Shown one piece after another: positions 35,534 through 44,825 of a DNA stretch of 64,000 bases. Numbering within the stretch: position 1 is the stretch's first letter; each line of letters begins with the position of its first letter. The notes beneath the pieces were generated by a model, which had not been told where the DNA came from, made no database searches, and saw only the letters and a list, made by a program, of their open reading frames with translations. The translations under genes were made by a program, and so were the position numbers. The DNA is from an uncultured virus (IMG/VR IMGVR_UViG_3300047457_000394). Taxonomy: Duplodnaviria; Heunggongvirae; Uroviricota; Caudoviricetes. The stretch lies in the IMG/VR virus record IMGVR_UViG_3300047457_000394. One strand, written 5' to 3'.

Positions 35534-37294
35534 GTGTCTAACATGATCGACCAAGAAGTCCAGCGTCGGATGGACGCATACCGTGGCAACCCCCAGATGC
35601 TGATGCAGCGCTACCAGCAAAGCCAACAACTTATTGACCTGCTTGCGCTTCAGAAGATTAAGTCTGAGAAAGAAGCCGCTGCCCGCGAAATGCAGATGCA
35701 GATGGCGCAGAGCCAACCCGGTGGATTGCCGACCGTTGCTGAGCAACGTGAGAAAGAGGTGATGGACCTCACGAAACAAGAGCTGGCGCAGCAGGTGGGT
35801 GGTACGTTCCAGCAGCAAGCACAGGCTAAACAAGCTGCGATGCAGAAGCTGATGGGCGGGCTTACTCAAGCGCCCGGTGCCGGTAACGCGATGCAACCTC
35901 AAGCAATGGCAGCGGGTGGGATTGTGGCGTTCCAAGCAGGCGGTACGCCCGAGGATCAGATTCCGCTTGAGATGACTGATGAATCGCCCGTAGACTCGCG
36001 TGACCGCGAGCGTGGGATTTTAGATTTGCTGCGTCGGCTTGGTGCCCGTGATGCGCAGTTGAAGCGCAGTATAGAAGACGAGTTTATGCGCCGTCGAGCG
36101 CAGCGTGAAGGACGTGAAGTACCTTTAGCAGCCGAGCCTGCACGTGAGCCTGCGCGGCCTGGGCTTGCACAAGTGTTAGAAGAAGCTCGTCCCAGTCGTG
36201 GGTTGCCAGATTATTTTGAGCAAGTACGTCGCTCTATGCCGCAGCCTGAAGCTGCGCGGCCAAGTCCTGAAGATGTTATGGCACAAATGGCCGGTGGGAT
36301 GCGAGCGGCGCGCAGTGCTCCGCCTCGGGAAGAAAGACAAGCTCCTGCTGTGGGCGGTCTAGGTGACTTAGCGCGAGCAGCGGTACCGAGTGTGCAGATG
36401 GCTCCGACGACGGTGGAGCCTAGTGAGTTTGAAAGGCAAGTCCGCCAAGGGCTTCTTACGCAAATGGGGCGTGACCCCGAAGCGCGTGCAGCGGCTTTGG
36501 CTAAGAAGTATCCTGGTATGCGGCCTGAAGATCGTGAGGCCCGCGAACGTGCGATCCGCGAAGCCGAAGCACGGATGGCTAAAGAATTTGACCCCAGTAG
36601 CCAACGCTTGAACTCGCTGATTGAGTTCTTGGCAGGTGGTGCTGGTCGGTCTACGTTAGGTAGTGTGGGTGCAGGTGCTGCTCGTGCAGCCTCTCGATAT
36701 GAAGCTCAGCAAACTGCTGCCCAACGCGAACGCGCTAAAGAAATTGAAGGCATGCGCGAGATGCTGCGTAAGCAGGGTGAGGACGTGGAACGTGGGCGGT
36801 TCACATCCGAGTTGGAAGGACTTAGAGCTTTTGAACCGTCGGCACGGTCTGCGCTTGAGGCGGGTGCTGGGGTGTTAGGCCGGGATATTGCTGCGCGGGC
36901 GTCTGCGCTTGAGACTGAAGCCCGTCAAGTTGCTAATGCGTTAGCGCGACAACAGATGGATGACACCCGTAAGGAACGTTCGTATAGCTCGCTTATGCAG
37001 AGACGCGCAGCACTAATTAACGATATTAGTGAAAGCATCGACAAGCAGTACGATATGCAGCTCAAGTTGGCGACCGCCAATCCTAATAACCCAAAGAGTG
37101 CTGAAACACTTCGTATGGTTGAGATGGCTAAGCGTGAAGCAATTCGTACTTCGCCTGCCTTGCAAGAGACTGCGGCTATCATGAATCGTCTCGCTAAGGA
37201 TTTGGGTATGGCGACCGTCACGCCCCAGCAAACGCAGGCTGCACCGGTAAACACGCAAGGCTTCAACCTTACAGGTGTACGGCCCTCGAAGTAG
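35534..37294 (+). CDS. Putative internal virion/ejection protein
   Basis: Q/M-rich N-terminus, MAAGGIVAF motif, helical. Confidence 0.65.
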   Translation: MSNMIDQEVQRRMDAYRGNPQMLMQRYQQSQQLIDLLALQKIKSEKEAAAREMQMQMAQSQPGGLPTVAEQREKEVMDLTKQELAQQVGGTFQQQAQAKQAAMQKLMGGLTQAPGAGNAMQPQAMAAGGIVAFQAGGTPEDQIPLEMTDESPVDSRDRERGILDLLRRLGARDAQLKRSIEDEFMRRRAQREGREVPLAAEPAREPARPGLAQVLEEARPSRGLPDYFEQVRRSMPQPEAARPSPEDVMAQMAGGMRAARSAPPREERQAPAVGGLGDLARAAVPSVQMAPTTVEPSEFERQVRQGLLTQMGRDPEARAAALAKKYPGMRPEDREARERAIREAEARMAKEFDPSSQRLNSLIEFLAGGAGRSTLGSVGAGAARAASRYEAQQTAAQRERAKEIEGMREMLRKQGEDVERGRFTSELEGLRAFEPSARSALEAGAGVLGRDIAARASALETEARQVANALARQQMDDTRKERSYSSLMQRRAALINDISESIDKQYDMQLKLATANPNNPKSAETLRMVEMAKREAIRTSPALQETAAIMNRLAKDLGMATVTPQQTQAAPVNTQGFNLTGVRPSK

Positions 37295-37302
37295 GAATCA
37301 CC

Positions 37303-40300
37303 ATGCCTATCTATACCGTTGAAGGTCCGGACAAGCGTACGTACGACATTGAAGGCCCCGAGGGGGCTACGCTTGAGCAACTGGTTGCAGTCATACAGCA
37401 GCAAGGTCCTGCCTTTATTGCTCAGCAACCTAAACCTTCGACGCTTATGGGCGAACTGCGCCGTGGTGCGGAGCAGCTTATCTCTTCAACCCGCACGGGT
37501 CTTGGCGGCATGTTTGGTTCCCCCGAGGAAGCTGCAGCTGCAGGCATTGAACGTGGGCGTGAGATCAGTGAACGTGCTGGTGAGGGTCCGTCATTTGAGC
37601 GTTTACAACGCGTGTACCAAGAGCAAGGAGTGCTCCCTGCCGCAAAACAGGCGGTCTCTGATCTTCCTCAAGCGCTTGCTGGTCAAGGTGCCAATATTGC
37701 TGCGGTTCTTGCGGGCGGCAAACTGGGTGCTATGGCGGGCTCGGCAGTTGCGCCGGGGATAGGTACGATTGCGGGTGGTGTACTTGGTTCTGCCGCTGCT
37801 GTTGCGCCACAACTCTTTGGTACAAACATCGAGCGGCAGGTTGCTGAACAACGCGAGCGTGGCGAGACTCCCAAAGTTGATGTAGCTAACGCTGCGCTAG
37901 CCACGGCTGCACAGACGGGCCTTGAGATCGGTGGTACGGCTGCGGTCTTTGGCAAATCCGTTATAAAGGGTGTGCTTGGTATCGCAGATGACGCTGCGCT
38001 TGCTGCGTCTAAAAACAAAGACACACTCCTTAAGATGGCTCAGTCCACCATTAAGGGTGGTGTAGCGCGTGGCGCAGCTATCGAGATGCCGGTAGAGCTT
38101 AGCCAGAGTATTATCGAACGTGCTCAAGCGGGACTTGACCTCACGAGCCCCGACGCCATGAAAGAGTATGGCGAAGCGCTTTACCTAGCAGGCTTAGTAG
38201 GTGGTCCGCTGGGCGGTGCTGGACGGGTTATGGACCGTAGCTCGGCGCGACGTGCGCTAGCTGCTGAACAACCTCCAACTCCTGAAGCTGCACCAGCACT
38301 ACCTCCAGAAGCGCCAACCGAACCCGGTGCGCAGGGTGAGTTGTTCCCGACTGCTGCACCTGCCGTTGAACCTGCTACCCCTACACGAGAAGAGGACACC
38401 GAGCGCCTGCGTTCCTTGCGTGAAGAATTTGATCGCTTGCAGCGTGAAAATGAGCGCCTACGTGCTGCACCTGAAGCGGACCAAGCCACTGCACGGGCCG
38501 AAGCGGAAAAGCTAGCCCCACAGCTTGAATCGTTGCAAGCCGAGATTAAAGAAGTCAGCAAACGTCTGCCGCCTGAAGATATCAAGCGCCCTGGCCCCGT
38601 GCCGGTCACACCCGTTGAAGGGCAGTATGAGTTGGCGTTTGATGACCGCATCCGTACGCAAGACTTGCCAAACTACGGTATTCCCGCGATTGGTGGTACG
38701 CCTGCACAGATTGGTGTACGTGGATGGATGCAGGATAACGTCGTTGGTAAGACGGTCCCGCAGATTGAGCGGTTGGTTAAACAGCAGCCTGAGCTTGTCC
38801 GTGGTGAGGGGTTACGCGCTCGTGCGTTGCGTGAGATGATCACTCCCCAACCTGCGGCCTTCAAGGAGCCCGTTCGTGAACCCAGACCAGAAACACCTAG
38901 TCCAGTTGCCGAGCAGCCAGAGCTTGACTTTGGAGGAGCTGAGCCAAGCGTGGCAGGTCCTGTCGAGCCTCAACGACGGCCTCGAAGAGTACGAGCTACC
39001 GAGCAACCTGCAGCATCTGAGCGACTGGGATTGGAACCTGCTGGGGCTGTTGCTGAACCGGGAGATGTGGTTGCGCAAGAACAACCCGCTGCACTGATCG
39101 AACCTACACCAACCCCGGTCGCAGAAGCTTGGGAAGAGTTTAAACCAGACGGTGCCCCGGCGTTTGATGCGCTATCGCCGTCCATGCAGGCAGATTGGCA
39201 AGCTCGATACACTGAGCGCCCTGAACGTCTTACGATGCAGGACGCAGATGAAGTGTTAGCTGCTGCGCCTGTTGAAGCTCCTGCACGGTTTGTGGAACCG
39301 ACAGACATTGAAAAATATGAAAAGCCAAATGCCGTTTTAGATTTTGGGGGTTATCGATTTTCATTTGTTAGCTTAGGTGGTGTCCCCGAAGTATTAGTGA
39401 AGTATAAGGACGGTAGAGACGGTAAGGTTGTTCGCAATGACGGTGATAAACGAAATGGTGTCTTATATGAAAACTCACCTGAGTGGGCGCAGGTTGAGGT
39501 CCCCCCTACGTTGCAGGCCGCACTTACTCAATACTCAAAATCCAGAAACGATGCCGAATTACAAGCCGCCGAAAAAGCAGTAGAAGACGCTGTAAACGAT
39601 ATAAACAAACAAACAAAGGCAGAGCAGACCAAACCCCGCAAAGAGCGTCGCGCTAAGAAGCAGGCAAAACCCACTCCGGCACCGGCGGCTGAATCAACCA
39701 AAGAGCAAACTCTTGATGAAACAAAAGCCATCGAAACAACGGTCAAACAAGCTATTGAAGATAAGCTAAATGACTTTTTGGTTGGGGATCAAGTTCGTTT
39801 TGGCAATACGCCGGGTGTGGTAATCGGGCTTGAAGGTGACTACGTTCGTTTTCGCCCCGACTCTGCTCGTTCACCCAAAGCATATCAGCGCGTACCAAAG
39901 ACATCGCTTACGATGGTTGCACGGCCCGATACAACCAGTGAGGTCTCGTATTCAAAAGAACAGGACAACAAGTTTGGCGAGGAAGCTGGCCAACTAAACG
40001 CCAACAAAGGGAACTTAATCCAGTTGCTTGGTTCAAATATGTACGCAGCTAACCTTGCAGACGTTGCTGTTAAAGAGCTTCTGCAGAATGCGTTTGATGC
40101 GGTCAAAGGTGCGGTGTCTAGTCTTAAAGCGCCTGCGCTTTATAAAACTGGCTCCATAGAAATTAGCATCGACTCTGATACGCGGACCATCTCCATCAAA
40201 GATAATGCTCGTGGTATGACGCCCGAGATTGTTCGAGAGGCTTTCTTTACTATTGCAGGATCAGAGAAGTCTGACTTGCCACCCAGCGAGCGTAGCGGTG

Positions 40301-43300
40301 GATTGGGGTTAGCTAAGATGGGTTTCATGTTGGGCTCTGAACGAATCCAACTTGACACCGTTCGAGATGGTGTGCGCGTAACTGTAGACGCTACTGCACA
40401 AGACATTGCTAATGATAACTTTAAAATTGTTAAGTCACCGGCTCCTAAAACGGATCACGGAACTACGGTTACGGTTAAGATTCCCGAAAATTACATTGAG
40501 CAAACTACTGGAGACCCTAAACCTATTTGGTTTCCGTATAGCTTAAGAAGCATTGGACCTTTAAACAAACCGTTGATCGGCCCTGTTAGTGTAGATTTAG
40601 TTTTTGACGGTGAAAAACAAACCCTTCCGGTGGGGGAAAACTTTCCCGCAGATAAGTATCAGTCGTTCAAAGCTAACTTTGATTGGGGGTCTGCGGACAT
40701 TTACTTTGGCATAGAACGTAAAACCAAGTCGTATGCCACCAATCATCAAGTTTTATCCAGTGGTGTTTATCAGTTTGATGACAGGTTTCAACTGAACAAC
40801 GAAAAGATTCCGTACGACATCATTGTTAATGTGAAGCCTAATGTCGGCGCTCGTCACCCCGATTACCCGTTTGAAAATAGTCGTGAGCGGTTCAAAGGGC
40901 GGTTGAAAAACGACATTGATTCATTAACGGCGTATCTTGGGCAGATTGCCCGTGGATATGAAGCGGCTGGGCTACAAGAGTCATTCAAGGGAATTGTCTC
41001 AATGCCTCGCGTAGAAGCTGGTGCCGACATTGCAGGAATGGCTGATAAGCTCAAGAAGAGTTTTGGCACTCAGGGCGCACAAGCTCCGGCAGAACTCAAG
41101 CCCTTACCCAAAGAAGTCACCATCACACCAACAGATGTGCGAGACACCAGAACTCAACAGGTTTTGGTGGACACCCAAAAAGCTGCAGAGAAAGAAAAAG
41201 AATCTACTTTCAAAGGCGAGAAGGTAAAGACTGCGACTGACTTCATGATTGACATGAAGCAAGACCCGAAGCTACCGATCTTTCATAACAATACTAACGT
41301 AGATTTTTTGGAGCTTGGCAGAGAGTACGGTGAACCGGAGAAGTTCTTTGCGGAACTCGGGACGCTAATGGTTGAGATGAAAGAGGATCTTGCCAAGAGT
41401 GGCATCTACGGCTACGAGAAGCTGTCACCTGACAACCTGTTCTTTGCTGGTGTCTCGATTGATAAGGACTACGGCGGCGTACACATCAAGGTTCCGTACA
41501 AGGCCGTCTTGGTCAATCCGTTCTATGACTGGGGTGCAAGAACCCTGTTTGGCGTTCGCCAAAACCTGCTGAACACCATGATTCATGAGATCGCGCATAC
41601 AGGTTCAATGGATCACGGCGTCGCTCACAACGGCCAGATGATAAAGGTTGAGCAGTATCTTGCGGACGAGGGGCTGGTCGATTATTACCGGGACGCAATA
41701 CTTGATTTGTTACGTCGCCACGAGTCAACATTCACTGCAATGAGGGATGCGTATGGACGATCTACAACGAAGAACACTGCAAAGTCTCTTGAGGATGTCC
41801 AGAAAGACACCGCCGCAGCATCAGCTAGAGGAGATCGAGGCCGGAGTGAGGACGAGATTAGGGCTGTATCAGCAGGAGAAGGACGCAGAAGGGGCAAGGG
41901 TGTACGAGCAACTGCTGCCAGTCGTGCTGAAGGCGAAGTCAGCCAAGGACCTAGAGGCGTTAGTGCAGTAACCCCCACCGAACAAGACATGCAAGCTGGG
42001 TTCTCGCCGCAACCCGGTGGAACTGCGCGGCAGATACAAGACATCACGATCGACCGCATCACCAAGTTCCGGCGCATGATGACGGATGCGGGTGCCACGG
42101 TCTTCAACGAGATTGCTAAGAACTTCAATAATGCTGTGACCACGGCGCTCAAGGACCCGCGTGTCGAGGCAGTCTATCGACAGGCCGAAGCGTCAGACCA
42201 ACTGGTACCGGCTGTGTATCGACTGGGTGTCGTGCGTCGTGACAAAGGCACGAACCTGTGGAAAGCGGCTAAAGCTTCCGGTGTCAAGTCTGTCCAAGAC
42301 ATTACCGAAGAGCTCACGCAGTGGGGCGAAACCCAGGGCCTTAAGTTCGAAGCTTCGTGGAACCGCGCTGATGAGCTTTTACGGGCTGCACGAGAGCATG
42401 AGTTTCGTCGGCTCAACAAGACTCAAGAGAAGGGCCGTGACTTCCCCGTCAGCATGTCGGATGCCGACATCGACCGCCTATATGCAGAGTACCAGCAAGA
42501 CAAAAAACTGCAGGCGATCAAAGATGATATGGACAAGCTGCGGTTTGACTTCATCGACCAGCTGGTTGCCGTGGGCCGCATCACCAAAGAGATGGGTGCA
42601 GATTGGAAGGCAGCCACCGCCTACGTGCCGTTTGATCGTGTCGAGGAGATGGACTCCAAGTTCCGACAGAAGCGCAGCGTCGGTCGCGGTATCGCACAGC
42701 TTGGCCAACTGCCTGAACTCGTGAATAAGCCGGGTACCAACCGCCCACCCAAGAATGTCTTGGAAAACTACATCGGGCTCATTGGGTGGATGACGCAAGA
42801 GGTTGTGCGCCAGGACGCTACCCTGCGTACGCTTCGCGCTTTGGAAGACATCGGGCAAGCTCAGTTCCGCACAACCCCACCGCCTGAGTCAGATCGCAAA
42901 GTTGCTACCTACGTTAACGGGGAAGAGCGATATTTTGTCGTTGCTTCGCCTTACCACGTCGCTGCATTCCGAAGTGATATCACACCGCTCCCAGGTATGT
43001 TTACGCTCATGGGGCAGTTCTCACGAGCCCTGCGGACGGCGATCACAGCAATCCCGACGTTTACTGCAACACAGCTTCCACAAGATATTCAACGTGCCAT
43101 TATGGCCTCGGGTGTGCGCGACCCCGTTGCGCTTACAGCTAAGACACTTGGCAACTTCAAAGACTTCGCTAAAGCTGCTGCACTTGGAAAACTTTCTGAC
43201 GTTGCACCTGAACTGTCTGAGTTCGGTGTCGTGGGTGGTGTGGACTTTCACAAGTCCAATCCTGCGGAATCGTTCCTGCAAGATATCGGTAAGCGCAACC

Positions 43301-44580
43301 GTACGTTGCTCAAGTCGTCGAAGTTTGGTGAGCTATTGAACCGCTTGAATGGCGTAGCACTGGCCTCTGATATTGCGGTTCGTAAAGCCATCTACGATCA
43401 AACGATTGAAGAGACGCAAGGTGATCGGCAACTTGCGCTTGAGCGAGCACGAGAGATCATCAACTTCCGTAGGTTCGGTGCCGGTGACCCGCTCGGTATC
43501 CTGCATGTAGCAACGCAGACGATCCCCTTCTTCAACGCATACCTGCAAGGTACAGATGTTCTTTACCGTTCACTCACTGGTAAGGAAGCGCCCTCGGGGT
43601 TGAAGCGCAACGCGGCGCTCAAGCTGTATTGGACAAACGTCGGCTACCTGATGGCTGCGTCTACGCTCTATGCCATGCTGATGGCGGGCGATGAAGAGTA
43701 CGAAAACATGGACCTGCGTGAACGTGACCGCACGTGGGTTATTGGTGGTGGGCTCGGTATCCCGGTCCCTGCTGAGATTGGCATACTCTTCAAGTCAATC
43801 CCTGAGCGTGTGCTGGAGGTCTACCGCAAGCACGGTACACCTGAAGAAGCTGTCGCTACTGAAGCACTGCTGGGTTGGTTCCGTGCAGCGTATGAAGAAT
43901 ATCTCGGTCGGCAAGTGCCGATCCCCGCAGCGGCTAAACCCTTGCTTGAGAATTTCACTAACTACTCGTTTCTTACTGGGCGTCCGTTGGAAGGCATATT
44001 CCAGCAGGGTCAGCTACCAAGTGAGCGTGTGACCACCCGTACTTCAGAGCTAGCGAAGCAAGTCGCACAGTTCACTGCCGCCACGACTGGCGTAGAAGTC
44101 TCTCCTATCGATATCGATAACGTCGTACGAGGATACCTCGGTACTACGGGTGCTTTGGTGCTAGCTGCTGCTGACCAAGCTATCAATCCTAACCGCGCGG
44201 ATCGACCACTGCACCAGATCGTTGGGCTGTCTGCGTTTGCTTATGACCCCGTGGGTACGCGGCGCACGTCGGAGTTCTATGACCTGCGTGAGAAAGTTGT
44301 GCAGACACACAACTCGCTTAACCAGATGCTGAAGACGAACCCGGAACGGGCTTATGCGTTTGCTGAGAAAAACGCGCCGCTCTTGATGGCCTACAAGATG
44401 GTCAACAGCACACTGGAAGAGCTTGAGAAAACTCGGGCGATGAAGCGCTATCTGGATACCGACATGGCAGCACAGTCGATGACAGGCGAAGAGCGCTTGA
44501 AGATGAAGCAAGAGATCCAGCAGTACGAACAGAACCTCGTTGAGTGGGTGCGGGAAGCGAAGAACTCTCTGGGTATCTAA
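37303..44580 (+). CDS. Giant polyvalent protein (2425 aa): GHKL ATPase, HEXXH zincin, LPD38-like C-terminus
   Basis: ELLQNAFDA / DNARGM / GGLGL / GTTV GHKL motifs; MIHEIAH; IPFFNAYLQG and N.SF.TGRP C-terminal motifs. Confidence 0.8.
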   Translation: MPIYTVEGPDKRTYDIEGPEGATLEQLVAVIQQQGPAFIAQQPKPSTLMGELRRGAEQLISSTRTGLGGMFGSPEEAAAAGIERGREISERAGEGPSFERLQRVYQEQGVLPAAKQAVSDLPQALAGQGANIAAVLAGGKLGAMAGSAVAPGIGTIAGGVLGSAAAVAPQLFGTNIERQVAEQRERGETPKVDVANAALATAAQTGLEIGGTAAVFGKSVIKGVLGIADDAALAASKNKDTLLKMAQSTIKGGVARGAAIEMPVELSQSIIERAQAGLDLTSPDAMKEYGEALYLAGLVGGPLGGAGRVMDRSSARRALAAEQPPTPEAAPALPPEAPTEPGAQGELFPTAAPAVEPATPTREEDTERLRSLREEFDRLQRENERLRAAPEADQATARAEAEKLAPQLESLQAEIKEVSKRLPPEDIKRPGPVPVTPVEGQYELAFDDRIRTQDLPNYGIPAIGGTPAQIGVRGWMQDNVVGKTVPQIERLVKQQPELVRGEGLRARALREMITPQPAAFKEPVREPRPETPSPVAEQPELDFGGAEPSVAGPVEPQRRPRRVRATEQPAASERLGLEPAGAVAEPGDVVAQEQPAALIEPTPTPVAEAWEEFKPDGAPAFDALSPSMQADWQARYTERPERLTMQDADEVLAAAPVEAPARFVEPTDIEKYEKPNAVLDFGGYRFSFVSLGGVPEVLVKYKDGRDGKVVRNDGDKRNGVLYENSPEWAQVEVPPTLQAALTQYSKSRNDAELQAAEKAVEDAVNDINKQTKAEQTKPRKERRAKKQAKPTPAPAAESTKEQTLDETKAIETTVKQAIEDKLNDFLVGDQVRFGNTPGVVIGLEGDYVRFRPDSARSPKAYQRVPKTSLTMVARPDTTSEVSYSKEQDNKFGEEAGQLNANKGNLIQLLGSNMYAANLADVAVKELLQNAFDAVKGAVSSLKAPALYKTGSIEISIDSDTRTISIKDNARGMTPEIVREAFFTIAGSEKSDLPPSERSGGLGLAKMGFMLGSERIQLDTVRDGVRVTVDATAQDIANDNFKIVKSPAPKTDHGTTVTVKIPENYIEQTTGDPKPIWFPYSLRSIGPLNKPLIGPVSVDLVFDGEKQTLPVGENFPADKYQSFKANFDWGSADIYFGIERKTKSYATNHQVLSSGVYQFDDRFQLNNEKIPYDIIVNVKPNVGARHPDYPFENSRERFKGRLKNDIDSLTAYLGQIARGYEAAGLQESFKGIVSMPRVEAGADIAGMADKLKKSFGTQGAQAPAELKPLPKEVTITPTDVRDTRTQQVLVDTQKAAEKEKESTFKGEKVKTATDFMIDMKQDPKLPIFHNNTNVDFLELGREYGEPEKFFAELGTLMVEMKEDLAKSGIYGYEKLSPDNLFFAGVSIDKDYGGVHIKVPYKAVLVNPFYDWGARTLFGVRQNLLNTMIHEIAHTGSMDHGVAHNGQMIKVEQYLADEGLVDYYRDAILDLLRRHESTFTAMRDAYGRSTTKNTAKSLEDVQKDTAAASARGDRGRSEDEIRAVSAGEGRRRGKGVRATAASRAEGEVSQGPRGVSAVTPTEQDMQAGFSPQPGGTARQIQDITIDRITKFRRMMTDAGATVFNEIAKNFNNAVTTALKDPRVEAVYRQAEASDQLVPAVYRLGVVRRDKGTNLWKAAKASGVKSVQDITEELTQWGETQGLKFEASWNRADELLRAAREHEFRRLNKTQEKGRDFPVSMSDADIDRLYAEYQQDKKLQAIKDDMDKLRFDFIDQLVAVGRITKEMGADWKAATAYVPFDRVEEMDSKFRQKRSVGRGIAQLGQLPELVNKPGTNRPPKNVLENYIGLIGWMTQEVVRQDATLRTLRALEDIGQAQFRTTPPPESDRKVATYVNGEERYFVVASPYHVAAFRSDITPLPGMFTLMGQFSRALRTAITAIPTFTATQLPQDIQRAIMASGVRDPVALTAKTLGNFKDFAKAAALGKLSDVAPELSEFGVVGGVDFHKSNPAESFLQDIGKRNRTLLKSSKFGELLNRLNGVALASDIAVRKAIYDQTIEETQGDRQLALERAREIINFRRFGAGDPLGILHVATQTIPFFNAYLQGTDVLYRSLTGKEAPSGLKRNAALKLYWTNVGYLMAASTLYAMLMAGDEEYENMDLRERDRTWVIGGGLGIPVPAEIGILFKSIPERVLEVYRKHGTPEEAVATEALLGWFRAAYEEYLGRQVPIPAAAKPLLENFTNYSFLTGRPLEGIFQQGQLPSERVTTRTSELAKQVAQFTAATTGVEVSPIDIDNVVRGYLGTTGALVLAAADQAINPNRADRPLHQIVGLSAFAYDPVGTRRTSEFYDLREKVVQTHNSLNQMLKTNPERAYAFAEKNAPLLMAYKMVNSTLEELEKTRAMKRYLDTDMAAQSMTGEERLKMKQEIQQYEQNLVEWVREAKNSLGI
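38876..39097 (+). CDS. Candidate overprinted small protein (+1 frame) inside the giant gene
   Basis: AAGGAG RBS 7 nt before GTG; amphipathic helical sequence. Confidence 0.45.
   Translation: MNPDQKHLVQLPSSQSLTLEELSQAWQVLSSLNDGLEEYELPSNLQHLSDWDWNLLGLLLNREMWLRKNNPLH
41753..41971 (+). CDS. Candidate overprinted small protein (+1 frame) inside the giant gene
   Basis: GAGGGA 5 nt before ATG; starts right after the HEXXH domain. Confidence 0.4.
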   Translation: MDDLQRRTLQSLLRMSRKTPPQHQLEEIEAGVRTRLGLYQQEKDAEGARVYEQLLPVVLKAKSAKDLEALVQ

Positions 44581-44825
44581 GGCATACGCCAGATACGGAT
44601 ACCCAGCTTCCCAAACTCACACCGCTGCTGTGCTACAAAGTTTAGACGAAGCGCTGACCGTACGCTGCGTAGTTGCTTGTTGACCAGTCCGAGATCAGCG
44701 CTTGTCTTGATGAACACCGAGTCACCGATGTTCATCGCCTCCCAATGAATCCAATACTTCACCCCGAACAGGTTCAGGCACCGTATCAGGTCCGGCAGGG
44801 GTTCGATCAGGTTGGGTGGCTTCAC
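44577..44825 (-). CDS. Small conserved protein after the primase
   Basis: WEAMNIGDSVFI...GIRIWR motif; start uncertain. Confidence 0.65.
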   Translation of the reverse strand: MKPPNLIEPLPDLIRCLNLFGVKYWIHWEAMNIGDSVFIKTSADLGLVNKQLRSVRSALRLNFVAQQRCEFGKLGIRIWRMP

